A DNA stretch of 63,856 nucleotides, filler included, from Collodictyon triciliatum (taxonomy: Eukaryota): assembly GCA_043381765.1 (NCBI GenBank). It is 4 parts of 4 records of this genome, joined end to end, with 100 filler letters (N's around TTAATTAATTAA, not from the genome) between each part and the next. Parts side by side here need not be neighbours in the genome. Positions count along the whole stretch, not along the records: positions 1 to 22,092 come from JBHJMP010001158.1; 3 more parts are not named here. One strand, given 5' to 3'. The position numbers and the translations under genes are program-made. The notes under the pieces were generated by a model. That model did no database searches, had not been told where the DNA came from, and worked only from the letters and a program-made list of their open reading frames with translations. Within the stretch, counting starts at the first letter, position 1. Every line of letters begins with the position of its first letter. Below, piece by piece: positions 1-16,553 of this stretch.

Positions 1-260
1 ATGGTCTCTTCCCAAAGTTTGTTCGCTTTCAAGAAGGAGGCGAGCGCATCTGTGAGCCTGCGGGCCTTGTTCTTGTTGTAAACGACTTGCTCGACCCCGT
101 GCAAAAATACTGTTCGCTCAGAGAGACTTGCAGGCGGCTTCCTTGCACGGGTCTTCCTAGACTTACGTGCAACTCGGGGTTTTTCCGCACCAGCGTTGGA
201 ACCTGAAGAGCTGGCTGCAACTTGTAGAGTCTTCGGCGGGTCGCGGTTTGTGCTTTTCAT
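1..260 (-). CDS. 5' part of a hypothetical protein gene running off the left edge
   Basis: Open frame from ATG at 260 to the window edge: MKSTNRDPPKTLQVAASSSGSNAGAEKPRVARKSRKTRARKPPASLSERTVFLHGVEQVVYNKNKARRLTDALASFLKANKLWEET. GC-richer than flanks and divergent from the DCAF11-like gene. No recognisable family. Confidence 0.5.
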   Translation of the reverse strand, partial: MKSTNRDPPKTLQVAASSSGSNAGAEKPRVARKSRKTRARKPPASLSERTVFLHGVEQVVYNKNKARRLTDALASFLKANKLWEET

Positions 261-677
261 TTGGCAGGATTGTGTATTCCATCAGATGCACTTGTCGAAC
301 GATTTATCCGCACACAAAACTCACGCTTCTTTCAATTACCCGAGGTTGTCATCGTGTGTGTCTCTGATCTAATCGCAGTTATCCGGCACCATTTCATCAT
401 GCTAAGTTAAACGATATTTATTCCATACTAGATGAATCTTAAGTAGAATCGCAACGATTGACGTATCAAAATTTACATGTATGGCGGCTGAAACCCAGTT
501 GTATTATAATTTCCACATATATTCAAAGTCTCATAAAATCATTTTCCAGCAACAGAACACAAAAACAGTCCGCCAGATCTGCAAGCACAGGAGCGTTCCA
601 CGATCAAGCTGCCTCACTCACGATCTTCAGTCACGATCCTTACTCACCTTCCTGCAAGAAGCCACTAGCCCAAGAGA

Positions 678-4612
<3,935 letters not shown>

Positions 4613-5412
4613 CCCAGATACGATTCCCCAGGAAGAGAGACAACTTCGAAATTGGATGTTTCCCACCACACTTTCTTCCATTTCTCTTTCACCCTTTTTC
4701 TTTCTTGGCAGGTCTGTAATGCGTGATTATGCCAGAGAATCTGTTCCCAAAGCAACTCTGTGCCAAGGAAGATTTCATATGTTTCCCTATTATAAATGCA
4801 AACTTTGTGCAGATTTAAACAGATTTAAAACGAAGAAAAAAAAAGCAACAGCAAAGGACTTTGAAAACATGCAGTTTTTTGAGATGGTCCGCATTATTGG
4901 ATAGCGCTGGTTGGTGGGTAAACTTGCGGATAATTTATACGAAATATAATCACTTTGATGCCAACAGAGCCACATTAATGGACGTATCAAAAAATATCAA
5001 TCAAAAGATAGTGGCAACGAAAAAAATAAAAAAACTTTCTGCTTAATCATACCAATTAAGAAAACCAAATGTGGAACTTTATGTAACCACAGATTTACAA
5101 CATATCTGAAACCAATCAAACAAAAAAACAGACGAGGATATGGGTCGCGTTCAAGGATACCAGCAACAGGGGGCACAACAAAGCATAACGCTGCCACGAG
5201 AGACTGCCAAGTGTAAGAGAGCCGTAGGAATCGACAAAACTTTTCTGCATTTGCATGCGCTCGATTCTGGTGCTAAAGTACACAAGAATATGATTCCTAG
5301 ATTTGTGCTTTTTTTTTTCTAGACACAGACCACTTTTTTTCTTCTTCCCTTTGTCACACTCGCCTTTTCGTCTCGCAGCACAGCCGCCAACTTCACAACC
5401 ACAAAAAAAAAA

Positions 5413-8011
5413 ATGTCAATCGTCCGCTTGAAAGGGAGCCAACAGTTTCGGTATCGAATTGTTTCGTCCATCCTTTCGAGTCGACCAATTAAAATCGTAG
5501 ACATTCGCGACGAAGAAGAGGAGCCTGGTTTGAAAGGTGTTGATTGACTATTTTTTTCTCTCCATTCTCTACACGTAGTTTATTAAAAAGAATATTTTAG
5601 AAATATGTCTCTGGAACCTTGCAACTATTTTATTCAGCAAAATCCATGTATTCTTTTGACAGATTTTGAAGCGTGTTTCCTGCGGCTTGTGGAAAAGATA
5701 TCGAATGGCTGTGTAATTGAAATCAACGAGACAGGAACACAACTGATGTTCCGACCGGGAATCCTGGTTGGTGGAAAAATCGGGGATCACGAGTGCAGCG
5801 TGAGTCGTGGCATTGGATACTTTATGGAAGGTCTCCTGTGTCTGGCTCCGTTCTGCAAGAAGCCTCTAGAAGTCACACTCAGCGGAGTCACGAACAATAC
5901 AATCGACATCAGCGTATGTCCCTAATACACTTACACTTACACTTACACTTACAAGCACATGCACGCACAAAGCATAATAGCTTTCCTTTCGTTCCCCTTT
6001 CTTTATTTACTCAAAAGGTCATTGATGGATTTTCCATATTATTTGTAAAAAAAAAAAAAATAAAAAAAATCAAGGTTGACACGATTAGAACATGCTCGAT
6101 AAAGCTCCTGAAGAATTTTGGTATCGAAGACACCATCGAGTTCAAAGTAGGTTTCATGCGCATCAAATGATATTGTATTTCTCAATCAAGTGGTGCTTAT
6201 CTGTTTTTGAATAATCCGATTAACTATGAAAAATTCATTTTGTAATACAAATATATATCTTTAGATATGGCAGAGTTTTGTTACCGTTTGTTTTTTAATT
6301 TAGAGCTAATGTGAAGTCTTTTTTCTTGAATCAGATTAAAAAACGTGGAGCACCTCCATCAGGCGGAGGAGAAGTGTATTTCAAGTGTCCAATCGTAGTG
6401 TCTTTGAAGCCTCTGATGCTAATCAACGAGGGAAAGATACGACGCATCCGTGGACTTGCATATCCTTATATTTGTTTTAATACTCTATCTAATTAATACT
6501 ATCAAGAAATAATTACGAATGTTTAACAAGTCGAATTCATTCTACCCAATATTTTTCTTATAATTGGTTTTAAATTCAAAAGCTTTATTTATGATTGAAG
6601 TTAAGCAATTTTTTTCCTGCACTTATACCCACGCCTTATATGTTCAAACTCTGTTATATACACACTTAACCAAAGCACATATTCAGCTCGCGTTGCTCCA
6701 AACACAACAAGTCGAATAGTCGATTCTTCCAAACAAATTCTTACCCAATGTGTTCCTGACGTATTCATCTACACAGACCATTACAAGGGAGCAGAATCTG
6801 GAAAGTAAAAATCATATTTTTGAATAAGCACGCGTGAAAATTCCATGCTTTGGTATCCATGGATTTCATATTCCTACGTATTATAATTCAAATGATTTTT
6901 TTTTTATTTTTTCATCCAGTACTTGCGGTACTGAGACATGAACCTCATCTATCTCTTTGTTTATCATGAAAATATTGTTCATAAAACGAAAATAATAATA
7001 ATAATAATCGGCCAAAAACGAATAATAATACTAACAACAAAAACACAGCGTTAATAAAAAGACAAAAAAATGTATATAAACTAAAATAAAATATAATGAC
7101 GTTTCCCTGGAACCAAAGTTAATGACCCACGTCTTTACAATACATGGACACCCTCCCTTCGTAGTTCACCAGGATACGGCCTGTCACTCCTTGCAGACAC
7201 AACAACAGGGTGTATGCTATCCGTAGATGCCTGTGGTGAGGGTGGAGAAACGCCAGAGGACCTTGGCTCCTATGTTTCGCGGTTGATGGTTCAGGAGATT
7301 GCCAAGGTCAGGCTTTTCTTATTTGTCAATTTTTTTTATTTTTGATATCAAAGTAGGTGTACTTATTCCTATGCGTCGTCCTCACGAATACAATCTTCAT
7401 TCATATCGTGGTGTGTTTTCTATCTCCTTTTATTGCTTCCGTCTGCGCGAGTGATAAAACATTAAATGTTGTCATGCGTCGAACTCCTTTCTTTCATCTG
7501 TAGGGTGGGTGCGTTGATAGTGCCCACCAGTGTATGATGCTTCTTTTTATGGTTCTCTGCCCCGAGGATGTCTCCAAGATTCGATTTGGCAAGCTCTCGG
7601 AATATTCGTACGACTTTCTTTCATCCAACAAAGATTCGAGTCTCAACTCTCCACACCATAATAATCTATCATTCGAATCTATTCTTGATATTTCCATAAT
7701 CAAATCTCGATTATTATTTTTTTTTTTTGTAATCTTCGTGGGCCATATGATCGCACCAAAAGTTGATTTCGTATTGAATATTATGCAATTATACCACCAT
7801 TCATCCACATCATGGGCAGCAAACATCATCATCCTTCTCTTCTCTTTTTTTTTCTTTCATTTTCTTTCACTACCGCAGGGTTGAGTTTCTACGCCTTCTC
7901 AAGGAGTTTTTCGGGGTGACATTCAAGGTACAGACTGACCCAGACACAAAGACGATTCTCCTCACGTGTATGGGCATCGGCTTCAAAAACCTCAGCAAGA
8001 AAGTCTCATAA
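5413..8011 (+). CDS. RCL1: RNA 3'-terminal phosphate cyclase-like protein Rcl1, 8 exons
   Basis: MSIVRLKGSQQFRYRIVSSILSSRPIKIVDIR...PGLKDFEACFLRLVEKISNGCVIEINETGT...RGIGYFMEGLLCLAPFCKKPL...KRGAPPSGGGEVYF...GKIRRIRGLAYSARVAP...SPGYGLSLLA...GGCVDSAHQ...EFFGVTFK...CMGIGFKNLSKKVS*. Confidence 0.95.
6460..6678 (+). other. U12-type AT-AC intron (RCL1 intron 4)
   Basis: Donor ATATCCTT, branch site CACTTAAC about 10 nt before the terminal AC. Removal restores the conserved GLAYSARV; no GT-AG alternative fits. Confidence 0.9.
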
Positions 8012-8190
8012 AACCCAAGCCAACAAAAAACAATATTGTTACTTCCGCAATAGCTTTGTTGACAACACGCCACAACCCACATTCGACTCACAAAATCCTA
8101 CCGTTCTTAAAGTTCACTGCGTTCTCCGAAATTCCATTCGCGTGGCCACACTTTCGCCCCGCCATTCGGATAGCGGCACTGTCCAGACAA

Positions 8191-8891
8191 ATGTCCAAAT
8201 CAACCCATCTTCCATTGAACAATCTGAACCCAAGTAGGGCAAAGACGATCTCACCTGACAAACACACTTCGCACGCAGAAAGAGAGGTGTCACCCGCTTT
8301 TTCCTCGCAAAGAAGCCGCAGAAACCCCAACGCTATGCGCAGCGAACACATCGACACCGATGAAGGCCGCTTTGTTCTATACCAGACAGCACCATCGAGA
8401 CGCATCCTGGTTCATGAATTGCGCAGATCTGAAGCCGGAGTCCGCAAAGCGTTCGTGAAGTTCATAGACTTTAGCTTTGACTTTGACTTTGACTTTGGCT
8501 TTGACCCAACGACAACGTCCTCATTCCACGTGGGCAACCCCGATGGCCAACAGGCTAGTTCTCACCCGTGCAAGCCTCATGGGAAGTGCCTAACGAAAAG
8601 AGAACGCCAGCAAGTTGTCATGGAGTTTCCGCTTGTTGGAAACGAGTCTGATTTCCTTGTCGATCGGCTTCAAGAGTTGCTTGGCTCCGGCATGGTTGTT
8701 GTCCGTGGGGAGGGTGCGTTTGTCACTGTGTCTGCGTCCGTCAGGCTGAGAGGTGGTGGGCCGACTCAGTCTCGCATGAAAGCAGAGTCTGCAAAGGCCT
8801 TGGCCAAATCTCCGACAGAGGTATTCCGTCATATTCAAGTTTTGTATCATCTGTTAGTGTTAGTGTTGATGTGATTTGATTCAATCAGGAT

Positions 8892-8978
<87 letters not shown>

Positions 8979-11900
8979 NNNNNNNNNNNNNNNNNNNNNN
9001 NNNNNNNNNNNNNNNNNNNNNNNNNNNNNNNNNNNNNNNNNNNNNNNNNNNNNNNNNNNNNNNNNNNNNNNNNNNNNNNNNNNNNNNNNNNNNNNNNNNN
9101 NNNNNNNNNNNNNNNNNNNNNNNNNNNNNNNNNNNNNNNNNNNNNNNNNNNNNNNNNNNNNNNNNNNNNNNNNNNNNNNNNNNNNNNNNNNNNNNNNNNN
9201 NNNNNNNNNNNNNNNNNNNNNNNNNNNNNNNNNNNNNNNNNNNNNNNNNNNNNNNNNNNNNNNNNNNNNNNNNNNNNNNNNNNNNNNNNNNNNNNNNNNN
9301 NNNNNNNNNNNNNNNNNAAAGAAAAAAGAAAAAAGAAAAAAGAAAAAAGAAAAAAGAAAAAAGAAAAAAGAAAAAAGAAAAAAGAAAAAAGAAAAAGAAA
9401 AAAGAAAAAGAAAAAAAGAAAAAGAAAAAGAAAAAGAAATAGAAAAAGAAATAGAAAAAGAATAAGAATAAGACAAGAAAAAGATAAAAGAAGGCTTCGA
9501 TATTCCTTGAATTACAATTTTTTTTTTGTCAAAAATCTATCAGAGGAAAATCGAGATCGAAGTCATCCACGAAGAGAGTGCAGCAAGTAGAATAGAAAGA
9601 GTGAAGCGAATGAGAATTCCAGAGCTGGACGATGCTGATTGGTTCTCGACCAATCGCGATGACCCGACAACCCAGTATGAAATCATGAGTCTTTTTGCTT
9701 CTGGTGCTGCTGACGGGCCACTCCTTGAGAAAGGGCGTGCACGGGCTTTCAAATACATCTCAGACTTCACCTCACGTTCCATCAGTATATCCACCATGAA
9801 TCAAAACAAGCCTTTATGTTTCATCCAAGATGCCTACATATCCAATTACTTGTTGACGGGACTATCTGTTCGCTACCGGCAAGACGGACCAAGTCCTGAG
9901 TTATTGGAAATAATTCTTGAGTGTTTGTTGGCAAATAATGCGAATGTGCTCCGAAAGGACGTCATCAGTCATCTCTTCGGGTCAATCACCTCGAATTCAA
10001 GATATTTTATATCAGATGATTCAACCAAAGGGAAACACAGTCTTATCCATCTGGCAAAAATCGGGATTATTTTATCCAGATACTCTTATGATACCTTGGA
10101 TTTGGATGAGCTTCAAAAATTCATATCTGCTTGTAGCCCTACTTGGATAATAAGCCGTGCATTCGGAACACTTCAGTCCTGCTTGCAAGAACGTGTTACA
10201 TACTTAAGCGCGCAAGCCTATCGCTCTGCCATACACCAAGCGATGCTATCTATTTACAATCATACAAAGGCCGAGATGTCAATGAAGAAGATAGTTGCTC
10301 TGAGGAATTGCAAGGGTGTCTTCTTCTTCGACACGACTTCCACTTCTTCAAATATGCCAACAGCTGAACAAAAGTTGGATTCTCAAAGCTCAGAAATTGC
10401 ACTCCTGCAAATCTCTAGCACACCATCGTTATCAGGTCTTCAGAATGTATCTCTACTTCCCTCCAATGCAGTGACCTTGCATTCGAATAGTAGTGGAAAT
10501 TTCCCACATAGAGTTGATGAAGTCTACATGAACGTCAAATACTGGTTCATTTTAGTCCAAAATGTATATGACATAATGAGCAGCAGGCCGCATGATGTCT
10601 TTGCATTTCTACAATCACCACTTTTCAGACTCCACGCCAACGACTATACTCAGTTCCTTATCATGAAGCTTCTTTGCAAAAAATTCAAAACCAGCCTCAA
10701 GGCTAAGCAGCGCAAAATTTTCCTGGAAACTCTAGACTTCTTCAAAGACATAACACCGGGTTATTCGGGTGAAATAATGCTTGACACATATGCGGTATGC
10801 AAAGAAGAAATGATCAACTTCAAGCCCTCTTTCATACACAAAGCTCAGTGCGAAGATGATGAAAATGAAACCAGCCTAGCAAAATTTCCACAAGGCATAG
10901 ACTTTTCATTTGCTAGCTCATGGTTCCACACCGGAATAGCTGCCCTTCGCATTTTGATTCTGAGTGACCCTGAGATTTTAAAAGCAGACAAAAATTTTGT
11001 CGAGCCTCTATGCCAGCATCAGTATATAGACAGCAGAGGTGATAAATCAAGGGCCGAAGAGAAGAAACCAGTAGATTTCCTTTTAAATTTTATCAACTCG
11101 ACAAATCCTGCACGGACGGTTCTAGTCACAGGACATGCAGGCTCTGGAAAATCCTGGTTAGCTCTCAAAGTAACCAAGCACCTTTGTGAACAGACAACAT
11201 TGAAACAGCCGCTTGTTTGCTTAGCACACGGCCCAATGATAGCAAATATCTCGACAGATTTAGTTCCAAGTCTCCTGAAGAGTCCGTGGCACAGATACGA
11301 CGATTCCACTGCGAGTAAATACTTTTCTGGATTCAGTGACAACCATATAGCTCAGTTAAGGAAGCAGCGATATCCTATCTATGTGTTGATTGATTCAGCA
11401 GAGTTGATACCTCTGCAGTCTAAATCCCTTTTTGAATCCAATCGACTAAGTGAATGGAACATCCGAATCATATTCTTTGGTACCTTTGTGGAGGATATTG
11501 GAGCAGATGTAATTTGTCCGTTCACATCGTGGGATGGAAATAATCGTCCTCAAATCGAAAGGATTCATCTACTCCCCTTCAATACTGAGCAAACAATATC
11601 ATTAATTACAAAATTAGGTGCTTCTCTGGATATCAGTAGTATCTCACTTGATTTCTATACTCAACTGCATTCTGTGATTCCAGAGATGAAGGAACTTGGA
11701 AAAAGCCCCTTATTTTGCCGTCTTATCTTGAATTTCATTCCAGAGTTTTGGGGTAGAGTGGAAAGCATGGGTGAAAATATCCAAGGGGTGGGGCCAATCA
11801 TCCGACAGTTCTTTTGGGAATCGCTCTGTTTATCTTTTATCAAATCGAGACACCAACGTAATTCAGAGTGCATCCCCAACTGGGCTGGTATGGTGCCAGC

Positions 11901-14811
11901 TGAATGGTTGAATGGTACAATCGAGATGTGCAAATCAGCTGCCGTCCTGATGAATTCATTAAAAAAAGATGTTGTGAATCTCAAAACAGTACTGGAGCAC
12001 AGCAATGACCCCTTGGTCGCACAGTTCAACAGAAACTATGGGATCTACTGTGAAGGACTTCTCAAACTAGGGCCTTTTGTACAAATGAAAGGGAATTGGG
12101 TCATGTTTCACCCTTTAATTTCTAAAAATGTGTTCCTTGTACAAGAAGACTCGTCACCCAACAAGTCGAGTTGGTTCGAATCTTTAGATGGCACAATCGA
12201 AGTATCAGACCTTGATAATTTGGGGTCTGAAAACCTGCTGACTGAACATGTGGTCAAGCAATTGATACAACATTCCGAACCTTTCCTTTCTCCTCTGACA
12301 TACCAACAGATTGGTGATGTTTACTTTGAAGACGTCAAGATGATTAGCTTTCTTCTCAAAATCATCGATGAATCGAGGTCGAACCCATGCAAGGCCATTG
12401 CAGCATCCAAAGCAATGACGGCTTTGAAGTATATGCGGTATACGTTTTCTAGAGATGATTTTCACAAAGTTATGATTCCATATGCAGATCTATCCTTCGC
12501 GCCACTTGAAGGAGTGGATTTTACAGAGGCTGACCTTTCCCATGTATCATTTGTTTGCAGTAGATTGAAATCATGCACTTTCACATCATGTGAGCTTGGT
12601 GAAGTCAACACAGAACTGATTGATTATATGGAGACATTTAAATGTGCACATATTATACTGTGCACGTGGAGCAGAAATTCTACAGAATCAATCATATCAC
12701 ATGCGATTCCTAGCAGCGAGAAGCCGTTTACAGTCGTCCAGTCTTTGATTTTAGGCCGCAACAGGTCGATTCAAAATCATAACTGGTCTGTTCCATATGC
12801 CATTCGATGCATGTGCGAAACGAAAGACTTTAAAGACGAGAGTCTTCTTGTGACTGGAGGAACGGACGGATTTATTCGCATCTGGTCACCCACCCGAGGA
12901 ACCGAGATAGAGGCACTGCAGTGTCCCCAAAAATGTGTGATTCAAACGGTGATATCATACTTGGACTCTAATGGCACATGGTCTATAACCACAGGCGGAG
13001 ACGATGGCAGACTTCGTGTCTGGAATATCGTCTTGAAGAAGCAAATCAACGAGGCCCAGGTCAGCAGACACCCAATACGCTTCCTTGCCAATCTCAAGAG
13101 CAACGGGAGGCGTGGGTGGTTGGTATTTGTGTCGAACAACAGATATGCTGAAGTATGTGACCCGAGGCAAGTTGGCATAGCGCAAAAAACCCTGTCTCAC
13201 ACGTCCGAGATAACAGCCATGAACACCATGGTCTCTCCTAATGGCGTTGACTGGGTTTTAACCACAGGCGTTGACCGCACCGTTTATGTGTGGGACGTCG
13301 ATACAGCGTCTGTGTTTATGTCCATTCGCTTCAAGCTCCCCATCATCCACTTCATCAATCCTTTCCCCAGAGGCGAAAATGCGCACATGGTGGTCCTCAG
13401 CGACAAAAATGGGACGAGCTATGTGTGGGATTTAGTCCATCGTTGCTATGTCGCGCACGTGACCTTAAAATCCGACACAGTGACCGGCGTTTCTCTCATC
13501 AGTCATCCACAAGGAAGCATAGCCTTGGTGGGTGCATCCAAATCAGGGTTTATTAGCATGAGCAACCTCACGCAACAAATTGCTCAGTTCTCGAGAGCGC
13601 CTGCCGTGATGAATTGGGCCGTTGGGTCAAACGAAATTTATGATGCAATCAAGTTTGGCGAAGCTATCTACTTTGTTCAGCTGACTAGCTACGGATCAAT
13701 CACCGTCTGGAACCAGCGCGAGCGACAACCTGTTGCAACATCGCCCACCATGCCATTCCCCATCACATCGGCCAGGTTTGCTGTGCTTTCGGGTGAGAGG
13801 CTTCTCCTTGCGGTTGGAAACAGCCAGTCCACCATCCGCCTGTTCGATGTCAAGACAGCAACTTACACAGACGAGTTTACGGCCCATGACGGAGATGTCT
13901 TTGCTCTCGCTTCGCATAGAGTGCCGATATCCACAACACCTTCCATCCAAGGAAGGGCGTCGCCAAGCGCGTACACCATGCTTATCACACAAGGCACGGA
14001 CGCAATGGTCCGCTTCTGGGACTTGGAGAGAGAAACATGCTTGAAGACTCTCTCCCTTGTCGGAACCCCAGCACTCCGAATAATTAGTTTCCTGGAGCCG
14101 ATGCTTGGATTGTGTGTTTGCTACGCAACATACGATGACAAAATAACAGTGTGGAGCTTCTCGACCGCGCAGAAAGTTGTGGTCCTGTCTGTTCCCTTTT
14201 ACGAGCACTGCGACATTGCGTATGTCAAGTCATCCATACCTGTCATTGCACACACAACCTCCCAGCACGAAATCGTCGCCTTTGATTTACGGACAGGAAT
14301 GCACTTGGCGAGATTTGGCGGACACACAAAGAAAATCAGGCGTCTCGTGGGAATTCCGCTTGGGACATATACGCCGATGGTGCTGAGCGCTTCGGAGGAC
14401 GGAACTGTGCGCCTGTGGAATATCCGTGAGGGCTGTTGCTCGCTGACTCTGAAGCCAGACGTTGGTCGAATCACCGCCCTGAGCGTCTTTAAGAAAACAA
14501 GAGAGGAGTTTGAGGTTGTCTTTGCGTCCGATAGCGGGTTTTCCATCTCAGGCATATTGCGGTTTTCCAGAGCCAAAGTTCAGGATGAATTCGTGAGGCC
14601 AGTCCGCTCCGCCGATGACTACCGAGTCAAGGAAGGAGCAAATCCACTCTGGGGAGACGTTTCGCACATCGCGCCTGTTAGGGTCGAGTGGCTGAAAACA
14701 TCGGTGATGGGTCCGACCGGGTTGGAGCTTGTTGGCGACATGGATTTGCAGAGTGCCAGATGCCCAGAGTCGCTAAAAGCCGTCCTCACTCGCTACTCTA
14801 CCAAGGAATGA
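8191..14811 (+). CDS. STAND-class NACHT NTPase with pentapeptide repeats and C-terminal WD40 repeats (NLR-like); exons 8191-8820 and 9544-14811
   Basis: Walker A VLVTGHAGSGKS, Walker B-like VLIDSAEL, LLPFNTEQ and SPLFCRL motifs, AASKAMTAL...IPYADLSFAPLEGVDFTEADLSHVSF pentapeptides, and WD40 repeats (LVTGGTDGFIRIW, TGGDDGRLRVWN, GHTKKI...LSASEDGTVRLWN). Phase-0 donor GAG|GTATTC at 8821 matches phase-0 acceptor CAG|AGG at 9544; the intron contains an N gap. Confidence 0.85.
8894..9480. repeat. poly(A) and (GAAAAAA)n tract with N gap, inside the NACHT gene intron
   Basis: Directly visible. Confidence 0.9.
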
Positions 14812-15829
14812 GTCAGGTGTGCACGGAAAGACATCCTGCTCGCCGATCGCTGTTACTTTCTTCCAACCAGGACTCTCTTGTTTAGTTTTCTTTTTTTCTT
14901 CTCTTTTTTTTGTTTTAAAAAAAACATTTGAAGTGTTTGAAGTTTGTAAAAGGATTAAAAATAACTGGATGAATTATTGCCATGCAGCTGTGAATTCTCT
15001 GAGCATTTTGGCGCATGTGCGTGGGATTTATTCTACCCTGGCTGCTTTTCAATTGATTTTTTTGGGGATTTGTTTTCTATATATTTTTCTTGCAAGCCAG
15101 GGAACTTGGATGATGCTTGCCAATCAACCCATCTGATATTTCGGTTTATTTCTGCCGTCCTTGGATTGTATGAAGTGCAACGTCCTACATGTTGTGGAAG
15201 GTCGGATTTGATTGCAAAAAAGAAAAAAAAGAGAAAAAGATTCACGAAAACGAGTCAAGTAGAACACGAAATCGGAGTGCCATCATGGCGGCTAATTGAT
15301 TATTCATTCTATTTTTTTAAGAAAAGGAATTCATACGAATATCCAGCGAGTTTTCAAAGAGAACAGAGTCATTATCTAAGCCTTCACATTTTTTTCTTTT
15401 TAAAACGAGGGTGGTTTTGTTGTTTCATTACCAGCCTAGGTTTTGTTTGTGCTCGGTAAGCTTTGGTAAGCTGATAGACTCACTCGCACAGGATGAAGCG
15501 GCTACATTTCTATTGCTCATAATAAAAACACTGAAACACAAAAAGAACAAAAAACACAAAGACAACAACAGCACCATTTCTAACCGCCAGCCAAACGCGT
15601 GGTAGTGAGATAAAATGACCCAAATGACGCTGATTGCTCGCGTCTGCTGGATTCACATATACACCAAAGGGAAAAAAAATGCGAGCATCCGACAAGCACA
15701 CACATTGCAAGGGATATATATACCTAAGGAGAATAGCTCACATGTGTACATGTTAATACAAATAGTAAAGGGAACTTTAAATCCATATTTTGCAGTGAAA
15801 GAGCCTTCAAGAAATCTGAAATCATGCAT

Positions 15830-15977
15830 TAAAAAAATAAAAATAAAAAACAAAAAACAAAAAATAAAAAATAAAAAATAAAAAATAAAAAATAAAAAAT
15901 AAAAAATAAAAAATAAAAAATAAAAAATAAAAAAATAAAAAATAAAAAATAAAAAATAAAAAATAAAAAATAAAAAT
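15830..15977. repeat. (AAAAAAT)n tract, intergenic
   Basis: Directly visible. Confidence 0.9.
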
Positions 15978-16553
15978 TAATAAGCCGCTTGCAAAAAGAG
16001 TATCAGTAGCTCGGAAACATAGAAACATTACTTGTTTTCCAGACCGTAGCCCACAGTGGGTACGTTAATATAAACAATGCATAGTATTAAATGATACGAC
16101 GCCCCTTTCAATCCAAACGAATTTTGTCTCACTTGAGTATTTTCCTAAACAATAAGCTACAAGGCGAATAAAGAAAAGTAAGCCAGGAAAATTTATCATG
16201 CGGTTAAAAGCCGGCGTGCAAAAATCATAAGGTTTCTCACTTTTCCTTGGGACAAGCAAAGATACATTGAGAGAACCAGCAAGGTGTGAACGACATATTT
16301 CTACATTGCAAGAAAATGTCTTGGAACGTGACGCGAGGAGAGTGATTGCCAAGGAAGAGAATGGCTTTTGTTTTGTGAAAGCGATTTGGTTCTTGTTTCA
16401 TCTCGCGAAGGGTGTAATAATAAAAGGGATAGACAGCAAAACAAAAAAACAAAACGGAAAAAAAATCAAGGCAGAAAAAGAAAAAAAACATAGAAAAAAA
16501 GGAGGAAGAACACGGGCGACCCGGCAATGAAGCGGTCCTGTTTGGTGCCCCAC

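Noticed and set aside
8088-8850. Minus-strand Cys-containing ORFs (8590-8850 and 8088-8405)
   Set aside because: They are antisense shadows of NACHT exon 1, which has a phase-matched splice to the main exon.
8847-9476. Poly-K, poly-F and poly-Y ORFs here and at 28.7, 29.5, 35.3, 43.3 and 59 kb
   Set aside because: They are translations of simple repeats and N gaps.
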